This document shows positions 32,990 through 44,902 of a stretch of 64,000 nucleotides of DNA, one piece after another. Made by a program: the position numbers and the translations under genes. Source of the DNA: Escherichia phage CMSTMSU; the sequence record MH494197.1; one strand, 5' to 3'. The notes below the pieces were generated by a model that saw nothing but the letters and a program-made list of their open reading frames with translations, did no database searches and was not told where the DNA came from. How positions within the stretch are numbered: the stretch's first letter is position 1; every line of letters starts with the position of its first letter.

Positions 32990-33527
32990 GTCTCAATCCT
33001 TTTACCAAAACCAGCACTCATATATTGAGAGTATTTATTGTCACTTTTAACTGCTTCAATCGCATCTTTAACTGCGGTTACAGCACGTTCTTCACCAGCT
33101 AAATCATGGCTGTCTTCTGGTTTGCCAAAATCAACACCAATTACTGGTTCGTAATCGTCAAAGTCAATATCATCTTCGAGTTCGGTCATTTCTTGTTGAC
33201 GTGGTTCATCTTTACTACGTACACGGATTAGAGCTTCAGTCATACTTAGTAGGTTGCCAATTTCATACATTAGTACGTTTGATTGAACACCACGGTGGCA
33301 TTTGAAATCAAACATCCAAATTTCACCACAATCTAATTCATAAAAATCTAGTGGTCTTTCCATGAAAATAGTTTTCTTTAGTGCACCAATATCAAATGCA
33401 TCATAACGATCCATTAGGCGTTGTGATACTTTACTTAGTTGCTCATTGGTAGGTTCAACTGCAAACTTGACTCGGTATTCAAAACTGGTTTTTATCCGTT
33501 AGGATTTGTTGTAATCTATTCATTTTA
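32986..33527 (-). CDS. Hypothetical acidic protein (~180 aa), one frameshift near the N-terminus
   Basis: ORF 32986..33414 extended upstream to MNRLQQILTDK in a neighbouring frame. Confidence 0.35.
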
Positions 33528-33544
33528 ATAACTCCATAAGGTCG

Positions 33545-34562
<1,018 letters not shown>

Positions 34563-35015
34563 TTAAAAATCTCCTAATATGTTGCCTAATCCGAATTTTG
34601 AGCTTGCAGAAGAAACGATGCTTCCTAAACCAATAGCATTTGCACCTCTTGTCACTGCGGAACCTATGTTTCGGATGGTATCAGGAGTAATGTCACCACG
34701 AAGGATATCACCAGCACTACTGATTATATCACTAACTGATGTTCCTGCTCGGATAATTTTACCAACTGTCGAAATTCCTTTAGTTTTGTCATCAAGTTCA
34801 CCAAAGTACTTAAAGAATCCACTCACACCAAGACCTTCAGTATCGGTGATGAGTTGTGCAATTTCCATTGTAGGGACACCAATACTCAAGTACCCTTCAG
34901 GACCAAAGTTGTTACACGCTTCATAACGCATAGTCAAAGATAATAGTGCTGGGTCACCTTCACTTTCCATAGATTTAGTTTCTAATTGTATATCTTCGAT
35001 GAATACATTTATCAT
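34563..35015 (-). CDS. Hypothetical protein (150 aa), Gly/Ser-rich C-terminus
   Basis: Intact ORF; no motif recognised. Confidence 0.4.
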   Translation of the reverse strand: MINVFIEDIQLETKSMESEGDPALLSLTMRYEACNNFGPEGYLSIGVPTMEIAQLITDTEGLGVSGFFKYFGELDDKTKGISTVGKIIRAGTSVSDIISSAGDILRGDITPDTIRNIGSAVTRGANAIGLGSIVSSASSKFGLGNILGDF

Positions 35016-35640
35016 GTTATGAACTGTATAGGTTTCATTATCAATTTCATAGATATTAATTGATTTGAAAAGTACTGGTTGTCGTAGTTACCATTGTTCA
35101 TTACAGAACGACCCCAGTTTCCACCTAAACCATTGAAATTTTCTGGTGTACTGAGTACGTCATTTCGGTAAGATTGTGGGTTCTTGTCAAAGAAGTCACC
35201 ATAGTAGAACTTACGATATGCGTCCATTAAAAGATATCCAGCACCATCGACGGTATCATAGAAAACAACATTACTGGGTTTATAAACAATATCACCAGTA
35301 ACTAAACGTTTTTGTTGTATTGGTTTACGGTTTCAACACTGAAAGAAAAGCTAGGAAGTGTTACGTCTTTTACAAAGCACGATACATTATTAACATCAAA
35401 ATCAGTATGTGTATCTGGGAGTTGAGTTTTAATAAAGTTCTTTGCGAACGGGTTAGTACAAATTCGATAATAAAACTGTTCTTAAATTTTGGTAAATTAT
35501 AGAATGAAAAACCCATTTCACCTGCTGTACCAAACACTCGTTGTGCAGCGTTATAATTTTCAAAAGCTGGATCTCTAATGATGTTGATATTGTCAATAAC
35601 ACCATTAACTATACTAGTTCCAGTACTGACAAATGAATCA
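35012..35640 (-). CDS. Hypothetical protein, fragmented
   Basis: ORF 35012..35227 plus upstream frame pieces. Confidence 0.2.
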
Positions 35641-35664
35641 AAAAATCACTCATGGGTTATCTCC

Positions 35665-36441
35665 TTATAATCCAATGCTACCGAAAACACGGTCAATGAT
35701 ATCTAATCCTTGGTTTACGTTTTCAGGTAAAAGTGAATTTATTCTAGTACTGTACATTTCTTCGATATTATCGAATTGGATACAATTATCAGGTTTTATT
35801 GTAATAACCATTTCAACAGGAGAACTTGAACTATAGTCAAGTGAATCATATGATATATTTTGTATAACACATCCTGTTAGTACAAAGTACTCCATAACGC
35901 CAGCACTATTGTATGATGATCCACCAATGAACTGATCAACAGCGTTGACTAATCCAGTATTGTTGGTAGCGGCAGTTGTTGCATTAACTAATGTGTTTCT
36001 TCCCAAGTCTTCTAGTGTATCATCAGAGTTGCGACCATTCAACATCTGAATGACAATTCCGAACTTATATGAACCATAATCATGGTCAGTTCTGGAAGTA
36101 ATTCTTCGTTGAAAATCTAATTGTTTCTGTAATTGTCTTGACAAGGCTTTTGCTGATGCATTACCAACTGAATCACGGATAGTTAAAGTAATTGGGTCCC
36201 AATCGTGACTACCAATGTAAGATGTATTTGTTGTAAATTGATATAGTTTATGAGTACTGAAAGTAACAGTAGGTCTATCAACTTTATCAACATCTAATGC
36301 AATGTGATCACGCTCATCTATATCAGTACCGAAATTATATACAATAACACGAAATTTGTATTTTGCTTTCGGTTGTAACATTGAACGGTTACGTCCTGAT
36401 GGTAGAGGAACGCCATATTTATTAATCATGTTATTTGCCAT
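35665..36441 (-). CDS. Tail tube-like protein, paralog 1 (258 aa)
   Basis: Lies directly downstream of the sheath gene, as tube follows sheath in T4. KYKFRVIVYNFG / DWDPITLTIRD pattern; N-terminus paralogous to 36529..37214. Confidence 0.45.
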   Translation of the reverse strand: MANNMINKYGVPLPSGRNRSMLQPKAKYKFRVIVYNFGTDIDERDHIALDVDKVDRPTVTFSTHKLYQFTTNTSYIGSHDWDPITLTIRDSVGNASAKALSRQLQKQLDFQRRITSRTDHDYGSYKFGIVIQMLNGRNSDDTLEDLGRNTLVNATTAATNNTGLVNAVDQFIGGSSYNSAGVMEYFVLTGCVIQNISYDSLDYSSSSPVEMVITIKPDNCIQFDNIEEMYSTRINSLLPENVNQGLDIIDRVFGSIGL

Positions 36442-36484
36442 AGCAACCTCTTTTATTTTATAAGGTATTATACTTTATTTAGCA

Positions 36485-36511
36485 TAAAAAGCCCCGAACT
36501 AGTTCGAGGCT
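36485..36511 (-). terminator. Rho-independent terminator
   Basis: GCCCCGAAC-TA-GTTCGAGGC hairpin with a U-run on the minus transcript. Confidence 0.45.
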
Positions 36512-36528
36512 TACGTTTAAAAGAAAAA

Positions 36529-37214
36529 TTAATTTTCGTAGAAGTTACTATCTGGTAGAGTAGTACTACTAATGTTGGTTTGTGCACCACTAATAGAGGT
36601 AGCAGTGGATGGGTTACCGAAACCAGTAATTTCATCACCGAACGCTTCACCATTAGGACCGAGTTTTGCACAGCCGTCTGGTTGAATTGTCATAGAAATA
36701 ACTTGTGCTTCACTTGAGGAATAATCCCAGTCACCAAAGTTACTAGATTCGATAAAGCAGCCTTGACATACCCAAGTACTCAAAGTACCTTCAAAAGGTT
36801 AGAAGTGTTTTCACTATTGGAGCCATCTAGCTCTTGAATCCACATTTCAAATTTGAACTGGGAATCAGTCATACGAGATTCTTGACTGTAATAGTTAAAT
36901 TCTTTACGCATTTGGTTATAAAGAGCTTTAGCAGAAGCATTACCAACTGAATCACGGAAAGCCACATCAATAGTATCCCAAGTATACTTACCTTTATAGT
37001 GAGCAGAACTGTTATAACTATGCACAGTGACGTTTTCATGTGATACAGATACAGCACCAACGGTGTTGGTATCTAGGTAATCATATTGCCATCGTCGTTA
37101 GCACCGAAGCCAAAGAAAACAACACGGAATTTATATTTTGCTTTAGGTTGTTTCATAGAGATACGACCACCGCCAGCGAGCGGAACGCCATATCGATCAA
37201 GCATTGTAGCCATT
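36529..37214 (-). CDS. Tail tube-like protein, paralog 2, frameshifted
   Basis: Start MATMLDRYGVPLAGGGRISMKQPKAKYKFRVVFFGFG parallels paralog 1 (MANNMINKYGVPLPSGRNRSMLQPKAKYKFRVIVYNFG). Track pieces 36529..36783 and 36780..37025. Confidence 0.4.
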
Positions 37215-37286
37215 TATATTCTCCTGTTATGGAATGACATCTTTATATTATTTATCTATTACTTACACTTTTATTGAAGTATCTCA

Positions 37287-37562
37287 TCAACAGGAAACCA
37301 ATCTATATTCACACAATACAAGTACTTTTTCTTGTTTATGATCTGTATAGTTTACACCAACCGACCATTTACCATTTGTGTAAACATTGTATTCTCGAAT
37401 TATACCGACAATGTTCCAAATTTTGTATAAAAGCTTTAAGGATTTTACGGCATCGTCCTGTGTCGCTACAGTTTTACTTACATCTTGTAATGTTTTTAAG
37501 TATTTCTTCCATATTATTCCTGATCGTTGAATTAATAACATAACGTATTTAATTTTAAACAA
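37287..37562 (-). CDS. Hypothetical protein (91 aa)
   Basis: ORF between the sheath and tube genes. Confidence 0.3.
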   Translation of the reverse strand: MFKIKYVMLLIQRSGIIWKKYLKTLQDVSKTVATQDDAVKSLKLLYKIWNIVGIIREYNVYTNGKWSVGVNYTDHKQEKVLVLCEYRLVSC

Positions 37563-37585
37563 TAAAAGGAACCAAAAGGTTCCTT
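37561..37585 (-). terminator. Rho-independent terminator after the sheath gene
   Basis: AGGAACC-AAAA-GGTTCCT hairpin with flanking A/T runs. Confidence 0.5.
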
Positions 37586-37593
37586 AGTGTTTT

Positions 37594-40244
37594 ATTGAGT
37601 CTTTTCAATACGAATAGGTACGTAAATGAAGTTGATAGACTTAGTAGGTTGGATTGCAATATCCATCCAAAGTTCGTTACGGTCAATACGTTCAGAAGTG
37701 TTGTTACTTTCGTCACAAACTACTGCGAAGTTGTATAGACCTTGTTGTTGAACGATTTCAGCTAGAAGCTATTCACTACACCACTGAATTCCTGACGAGT
37801 ACTTGGAGTATTCAAACGGAATAGGAATGGTTCAGAGATGATTTCTAGTTGACGACGAATGTAAACAACCAAACGAGCAACGTTAACACGGCTTAGTGCA
37901 GAGGTTTGGTTAGCAGATAGTGTTTTATCACCATATACTAGCAAGCCACGGTTAGGACGCATTGCAATTGGGTTAATGTTGTTGGTATACATCACGTCAC
38001 GTTGACCTTGGTTGTATACTACTGGTTGATATTCACCTTCACTGTTAATGAAACCAGTACTTGCAGCGTTGGTTACAACACCACGAGTAGTACCAGCAGG
38101 TGGATACCATACAAAACTAACACTATCACTGTACGCATAGGTACGCATTGCAACAGTACTGCCGGAACCGCTACTTCTTCACCATCAACGTTAGTACTTA
38201 GACACCAGCCCATGTACTGAGCAGCATAATCATATGCAGAAGTACGGCCTACTGAACCATTACTTGGTGCGTTATTCGCGTTAGTAGCCCATTCTTGAAC
38301 TGCACTACCGTTTCCGGTTGGGTTCAAACGAGCAGGTACATCAGTTACAATGAACGCTGTTTCTTTACGATCAGTGTTTAGGGTAATACATTCATCTAGA
38401 GTTTCTACATAACCGGAACACAGATTAGGTTGAAGTCGATGAATTCAGAACGGATATCATCATTACCGACGATTACAGCAGCTAGTGCTTCAACGATTAG
38501 TTTGCGTTGTGCTGCACGACCGAATAGACCTGCACCATCAAGACTAACACCACTAACAACTTGCCATTGACCATTAACCATTTTCTTAACAACACCTTCG
38601 GTATTACCGAGGTCAATTGCAAGCATACCATTCTGATAAAGAGCAGCAGAAGCAACTTGTTCAGGGAAGTTAAAGTCAGCGAAAATCATACCGTTTAGAG
38701 TACTTTGGTCAGTATTGTCTAGTTTAACCCACTCACCATCAACGTTACGATAGAAATCATAACCATCAATGCCTTGAGATAGAGGGCGTACCCAAATTAG
38801 GCGGTCAGCCGATGGCTCATCAACTTGAACGTATTTGTTATCTTCTTGTACTAGATCCCATTCGTCATTTGCAACATCTGCAATGTACATGGTAACAGTT
38901 AGGTTATCTGAATTACCGAAATCATACCAAATAGTACCGTCTTTAGCAATACTACGTGGAACAGAAGAGCTAACACGCAAGTTATTAACGTTAACTAGAG
39001 AATAGTTGTTACTATCTACAGTTAGTTTAGCTAGTTCATTCGCTGCAAAAATATCATCACCGCTTTGGGTAACTTTAAAGCTATAACCTTTGGTGTTTGT
39101 AACTACCAAACCGCCATTAGATTCACGTTTGAATTTGAATCCATCATTGATAAGATCAGCACTAACATTTAGATTATCGATGATAGTTTGAGTATTAATT
39201 ACGCCACCTTGTGGTACTGCAAGTACTTTAACAGATTTGTTTAGGTAAGCGAAAGTCAAATAACTATTTTCACCAGCTTGCTCAATAACAGTTTCACCTA
39301 GTGGTACTGCTGGAGCACTAATTGCTGATAGTTTTGCACTTTGAATATAGAAAGAGAAACTCTTACTATCGTCATCAAAACGGCAAGCAATATAACTGTT
39401 GTTTAGTACACCACTCTTAGCTTCAACTTCTTGGAAAGAATTACCAGTATATGCTGGAACGATATTCCAAACTTGAGTTAGAGATGCATAACGTTTTAGA
39501 ACAAAGCGAGTGCCAAAATAGTTTGAACCATTTTGAGTATAACCATCACGAATCCATACGTTACCTTGTTCAACAGTTGAACCAACTGGAACTTTGTTGA
39601 TTGGTGATAGATAAGTTTCAACCTGTACTAGACCAGATGCTGCACGTTTGTACATAAGCATTTGACCATTACTTGGCTTATAACGTAGAACTAGATCATC
39701 AACGTTTAGACCAACTAGGCTAACATCGTCAACTTCTTCAGAACTTACGATGGTAACAGGCTTCAATTGCCAGTCATAGAAGCTGCTTGGGCTGTCTTTC
39801 TTAGCAACATAAGCTTCAATTTGTGATTGAGCAGCATCAAACCATAGAGTACCATTTGGTACTGGGCCAGTTGGTGCAGTTGCACTTGGTGATAGTTGAG
39901 CCAAATCGATATCAGCACGAATAACATATGCACGGTTGGTGATACCTAGATAAGAATATACAGCATGTAGACCATATTCGTTTAGTTCGTCACCTTGAAC
40001 AACTGAACCATTGTTCATTTGGAAAATTGGTGAGCCAAATGTATCTAGTGAGCTTTTCTGTGATGTTAGTAGCTGTAGTTTACCAGCGTTTGCTTTAGTG
40101 GTTCCGCAGCGATTGCACTGCTACCGGAACAAGTTTGTCTTCAGCAGTAGCGATTACAAATAGTGGTACTGTGCGAGCAGCAGCAGTACTCATACTTTCA
40201 TCAGTTACTGAAATGGAAACGCCGGTGAGAGTAGATCTCCTGCC
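37594..40244 (-). CDS. Tail sheath protein (~880 aa), frame broken at least 3 times
   Basis: N-terminus MAGDLLSP resembles T4 gp18 MTLLSPG; C-terminus YNFAVVCDESNNTSERIDRNELWMDIAIQPTKSINFIYVPIRIEKTQ matches the T4 gp18 C-terminus (YRVVCDTTNNTPSVIDRNEFVATFYIQPARSINYITLNF). Track ORFs 38405..40018 and 37762..38148. Confidence 0.85.
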
Positions 40245-40340
40245 ATATTAAATCCTCCAAAAATAATTGGTTATTCGAATTATATTCGTATAGTCTTATT
40301 TATTGAAGGATTTGAATGTCAAGTCCTAATTGTTTTAATT

Positions 40341-40580
40341 TCACTTATTGGCATAAATAACGCTCAATGCTTGTTGGTGCAACGCTTCAATTGTGCTATT
40401 ATTTTGTACAATGATATCAGGATTATTGATACCAATCCACGCCCATTCAGATTCATGAACTGATTCTAACTCAATTGGTTTCATGCTAATATCACCTTTA
40501 TTAAAAGATGCTGCTAAACCATACCAGTGTGGGAGGGTACGCTGAACTTCAATCACAATACCATTTAATGAACGAATCAT
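40341..40580 (-). CDS. Hypothetical protein (79 aa)
   Basis: Intact ORF. Confidence 0.3.
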   Translation of the reverse strand: MIRSLNGIVIEVQRTLPHWYGLAASFNKGDISMKPIELESVHESEWAWIGINNPDIIVQNNSTIEALHQQALSVIYANK

Positions 40581-40589
40581 TTTTAGTTC

Positions 40590-40962
40590 ATTTGGGAATC
40601 GACAGTCAGTAATGATAATATTCCTTCAACAGATTGCATTGACTTCTAAACTATGGACCCAAATATCATTATGAAAGTACTTACGCAAAATATTAGTACC
40701 GTAATTCTGTAATACCCATCGAGGGAAACATCATCACGCCCCAACTTCTCGCACCAGTACTGGTCTGGCTCTTCACGGAGTTTACGACTTTCCTTAGTCG
40801 AACCCTCAAGCATTTCACGATCCATCCAAAGATAGCAGCAACTGAATCTTTAAGATTAGTTGCAAATGACATTCTTGTGTAACCATTATTGATAAAAGTT
40901 TCACCAAAAGTATCTTTGCCACTACCGATAGTACCGTTAATTGCAATTATTTGTCTTTCCAT
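40590..40962 (-). CDS. Deoxynucleoside monophosphate kinase (T4 gp1-like), frameshifted
   Basis: P-loop INGTIGSGKDTFGETF and ATNLKDSVAAIFGW parallel T4 gp1 (SGVKRSGKDTTADF, AGPIKDALAYAWG). Confidence 0.5.
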
Positions 40963-40980
40963 AATACTTCTCCATGTATA

Positions 40981-41259
40981 TTATATAAGTACTACTAAAT
41001 CCTTTCCTACTAAACATTCAAGTAATCCAACTATAAACTCACTCCCATAATATATAGTAACATAAGTGATGTAGAATGTTTCACCATTATCATCACGACA
41101 TATACTCGCCCACGCGTTTATTCGATCTCTACCGAAAACATCTACGATTGATTCTTTTATAAATTTCCAGTTCTTTTCGGTTGATTCATAATCCAATGTA
41201 GGTGCTCCACAAGTATATTTGTTATACATTGCATACACTGCATCTATGTTGTTATTCAT
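40981..41259 (-). CDS. Hypothetical protein (92 aa)
   Basis: Intact ORF. Confidence 0.35.
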   Translation of the reverse strand: MNNNIDAVYAMYNKYTCGAPTLDYESTEKNWKFIKESIVDVFGRDRINAWASICRDDNGETFYITYVTIYYGSEFIVGLLECLVGKDLVVLI

Positions 41260-41339
41260 GTCAGGTTCCTTTAGATTAATATTATCATTATATCACAACA
41301 TATAAAAAGACCCCATATAGAGTCTTTTTTGTTTTATCC

Positions 41340-42121
41340 GATAATCATTCCAAGTGGATCACCACCATCTTTGTATCTCTTCAACTGTTCTTTAAGCTGT
41401 TCTTGAAGTTGTGCACCTTCATTACGTAATGTATCACCATCCATAGAGAATGTACCCTGTGGTCCGCAATGTAGCAAATTTAGCACGGTTGCGACCCAAC
41501 ATAATCATAGCTTCAGACAATGCCCAGTCACGTAGCCAAGGATAGCTTTGTTGACGTTGGAATAGCAATGGTTCAGGTATATTATGATATACATGTAATA
41601 GCACTTCTTCAGTACCACGAATATCACGGTCAATTATTAGTTTTTGGTCATTGGGTTGAACTGGAAGATGATTTCTCTACCAAACATACGCCCAACTAAT
41701 TCTTGGAACTGAAAACTAAAATCATAAGTAGTTAAGTCATAACCACCAGCGTTACGTGCAGACGTTAAAAGGTAAGTGTTGGTAAATGCGAGTGAAAAAG
41801 GGTCTACTGAGTTACCACTTCCAGAACTTAGATAACCGTTACCATAACGATAAATCTGTTTGACAATTTCAACTTCAGTAGGGAGCATGTATACAGATTG
41901 TGAATCATAGAATTTCATGTTCAAGAATGCTTCTTCTTTGAAGCAGAACTCCATGCTCGGTAGTTTGATACCGCATTATCAATTGCAATTTCCAATTGAC
42001 CATCAGTAATTTCAACTTCAACTGCACCAGCACCTAACATTTGAGTGATAACATCTTTCAGTTTTTCACGATGATCAAAGTTTGGAGCATCTGGGTTTCC
42101 ACCCATATAATCGTAAGACAT
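41340..42121 (-). CDS. Hypothetical protein (~260 aa, possibly structural), frameshifted
   Basis: Starts MSYDYMGGNPDAPNF; track ORFs 41921..42151 and 41637..41954 plus a C-terminal frame. Confidence 0.3.
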
Positions 42122-42328
42122 AAAAAGCACCTCATTAATGTTTATATACATTATTTAGAGGTGCTAATAGTTATTTGGAATTATACAAGCAATACAAGTA
42201 TACCATAGGAGCAAAATGTTCGGTATCAACTAAGTATATTAACTGGGTGTCATATATACCGTACAAATCTCGAAATTTATCTCTGTACAGCAACAATGAC
42301 TTATTGTTGTGTGGGTCAACCCAGTACT

Positions 42329-42757
42329 TTAAGTCATTGTAGTGCAACGTGTTATTACGGTAACCTGATAATATTTGTTTTTAGCCAACTTTTTACAATT
42401 ACTTAGTAAATGCATGATGGCATCAGCGGTAAATGGTCCCAGTACTAAAACTTCTTCTCCATTACCGAAGATACTCAATGGTACAGATTGTTGTCCTGCT
42501 AGATATTCGATTTGTTCTAATTCGAAAATGTCATCAGCAGCATAAACAACCTGTTCCATTTCATTATCTTTAATCCATGACTGCCAATGTTCTTTAAACT
42601 GCTTCGCTTCGTATTCCAGTACATAGTTAGGTGATTCTGGATTGTACTGATGTAGCATTGTCATACCAGCCATAACCAGTTCTTTTGGTGATGGAGTAGA
42701 ATCTTTCAGTACTACGATAGCTTGGATAGTTTTAACTTTAACGTTTTGAGCAGCCAT
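42329..42757 (-). CDS. Hypothetical protein (142 aa)
   Basis: Intact ORF. Confidence 0.4.
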   Translation of the reverse strand: MAAQNVKVKTIQAIVVLKDSTPSPKELVMAGMTMLHQYNPESPNYVLEYEAKQFKEHWQSWIKDNEMEQVVYAADDIFELEQIEYLAGQQSVPLSIFGNGEEVLVLGPFTADAIMHLLSNCKKLAKNKYYQVTVITRCTTMT

Positions 42758-42779
42758 TAGATACCTCTATTATAGAATG

Positions 42780-43075
42780 ATTTTGTTATCAGGAACAATC
42801 AGTGCTGGTTTTTCTTCGATAGCCTTGATTGCTTCAACATAAGCTTCAACTAGTGCAGGGTTTGCATCGCTGATGCTAATGATGTTGGATTTATAAAAAT
42901 AACGCCTTTTTCAGAACTAATGAATTCTAGGTAATCACGTAGAATGATTTCACCTTGTTCGTCAGTACCTAGCTGTGCTGGGTAGTTAACTACTACTGCT
43001 TCTGGTGCATCATTTTGTAGAATTGCTAGTACTGCCAACGCTGTTGATGTTTAGTAGTTTAACGGTCATAGTCAT
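42780..43075 (-). CDS. Hypothetical protein, frameshifted
   Basis: ORF 42850..43038 with flanking frames. Confidence 0.2.
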
Positions 43076-43093
43076 TTTGTCAAGTCCTTTTGT

Positions 43094-43570
43094 TTATTTT
43101 AGAAAGTATAAGTGTTTTTCTGCATTAACCAGTCTGTGGTCAATGATTTCTTTGATAACGTTCCAGTTACCACCGCCTAAATCGGCTCCAATTTTCGGGA
43201 AGTGTACATGAACAGTGCGTTCAACGTTACATAAGTAATTGAGTTGTTTGAAAACATCATCGATTGCATCATAACTCACATACTTAGAACCGTCATTACC
43301 ATAGTACTTTTGGGTAATGCAGTTTGCGATAAGCAAATCATCACTTATAGAAGAATATGAAATTTGTCCTGTTCTTAGAAATCCCATTTCCTTTTCATAT
43401 GCTTTATAATCATCATATGCCATCGGATAACGATTTCTTAGTTCTTTTGCAAAACCCGAACCCATCTTACCCTGTGCATTACAACCATGAGCGATTATAT
43501 GCAACGCGGTTTGATCATCAGTAACAGTGTTGAACAATTCAAACAAATTACCTAGGTGTTCATGTATCAT
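43094..43570 (-). CDS. Macro-domain protein (ADP-ribose binding/processing family)
   Basis: HIIAHGCNAQGKMGSGFA matches the macro-domain glycine-rich ADP-ribose-binding motif (HGCN..G.MG.G.A). Confidence 0.5.
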   Translation of the reverse strand: MIHEHLGNLFELFNTVTDDQTALHIIAHGCNAQGKMGSGFAKELRNRYPMAYDDYKAYEKEMGFLRTGQISYSSISDDLLIANCITQKYYGNDGSKYVSYDAIDDVFKQLNYLCNVERTVHVHFPKIGADLGGGNWNVIKEIIDHRLVNAEKHLYFLK

Positions 43571-43613
43571 TATATTCTCCGAAAGAAAGGACTCTGTAAT
43601 CAGAGTCCTTAAT

Positions 43614-43877
43614 TTATATTTTATTCTTCTTCACCGAATCGAATTTTTTCAATTCTTTTCGTTGTTTGCGAGCAATGGTACTTTTGTGAAGTCTATTACC
43701 ACGTTTTGTGTCTTTCGTAATGTACCATGAATCTTCTGGTGCATCATAATCACAATAACCATCTTCTGTAATCGTCCCTAAGAAAGCAGACTTTTTAGGA
43801 ATGGATGTTTGAGCTTTAGCAGCGAATTGGCCTTTTGCTAATTGTTCACGAAAACTGAGCATAATAGTATCTCCCAA
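43614..43877 (-). CDS. Hypothetical basic protein (87 aa)
   Basis: Intact ORF. Confidence 0.35.
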   Translation of the reverse strand: MGDTIMLSFREQLAKGQFAAKAQTSIPKKSAFLGTITEDGYCDYDAPEDSWYITKDTKRGNRLHKSTIARKQRKELKKFDSVKKNKI

Positions 43878-43907
43878 ATTGTTACGAAGAACTTGTGTTC
43901 TTCATTA

Positions 43908-44150
43908 TTATTTAGGGTTGCTCGAAACCTCTACTGAAGCGATGAATGCCAAAATATCATCTTTACTGAAAGCTTCAATAATATAAGCAACCGCTTTATC
44001 GTACTGTTCTTTCTTAGTAGTGTATTCTTTCATTTTGTGAATTTTACGTTGTGCTTTAACTTTTGCAGCTTCCATATCAGGCATTTTAAATTCAACACCC
44101 AATGTGTCAGCTAAATGTTTTGCACGAGATGATACTTTATCAATATTCAT
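43908..44150 (-). CDS. Hypothetical protein (80 aa)
   Basis: Intact ORF; its start overlaps the glutaredoxin stop (TAATG). Confidence 0.35.
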   Translation of the reverse strand: MNIDKVSSRAKHLADTLGVEFKMPDMEAAKVKAQRKIHKMKEYTTKKEQYDKAVAYIIEAFSKDDILAFIASVEVSSNPK

Positions 44151-44397
44151 TAATTCCAGCGACCTTCTTTAAGACCTTCAACGAAACCAGTACAGCCACG
44201 GAACGTAAACATCGTTTACGAAAATTTGTGGAACCTGTCGTACTGGCTCACCACATAGTTCAGATAGTTTAGCACCATCAATACCAGCGGTAACATATCG
44301 ATAAACTCCATATCAAATTTGTTATTTTCACATACTGCTTTAGCAGTGTCGCAGAATTTACAACCAGTAGTGCGACCATAAATTTTAACTTTCATTT
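44149..44397 (-). CDS. Glutaredoxin/thioredoxin-like protein (T4 NrdC-like), frameshifted
   Basis: MKVKIYGRTTGCKFCDTAKAV parallels T4 NrdC MFKVYGYDSNIHKCVYCDNAKRL (CxxC); downstream frames give VPQIFVNDVYV and GGCTGFVEGLKEG. Confidence 0.5.
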
Positions 44398-44579
44398 CTT
44401 TTCCTTTATTTCGTTGAAACATCGTAACAGCCTTTATTATACTGTTACACATTCGTTCAGTCAAATACTTTTGACAATCTAGTACATCAATGTACATGAA
44501 CTTATCCAATTCTGGGTGACTTCTACCATATCTGTTTGTGTAAGTACTTTTACACTCCAACTCTTCTGGTATAGGCTTA

Positions 44580-44830
44580 TCTTTGGCTGTATAGAAAAAT
44601 AAAACTAAACGTTTCCCTTTCTATACGATACATCACCAAGAAACAGAAGATCATCTTCATCGATTTCATATCCTGTCTCTTCGTAGCATTCACGTACAGC
44701 AGCCTCTTTAAATGTTTCTGTACCTTCAGTTTTACCTTTAGGTAAGTCCCAGTGATTCTGTCCGTGTTGTATGCCCGATAAGTATCTGACCATCACGATA
44801 AAATATTATACCACAGCTATAACGCATAAT
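44580..44830 (-). CDS. Second NUDIX hydrolase (fragmented)
   Basis: Nudix box GKTEGTETFKEAAVRECYEETGY in ORF 44605..44796. Confidence 0.45.
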
Positions 44831-44902
44831 CTTATCTCTTTATCATCAAGTGATGTTCAGATACTAGTAATTATATCAGAAGATGTTAACTTGTCCCAGC
44901 TT

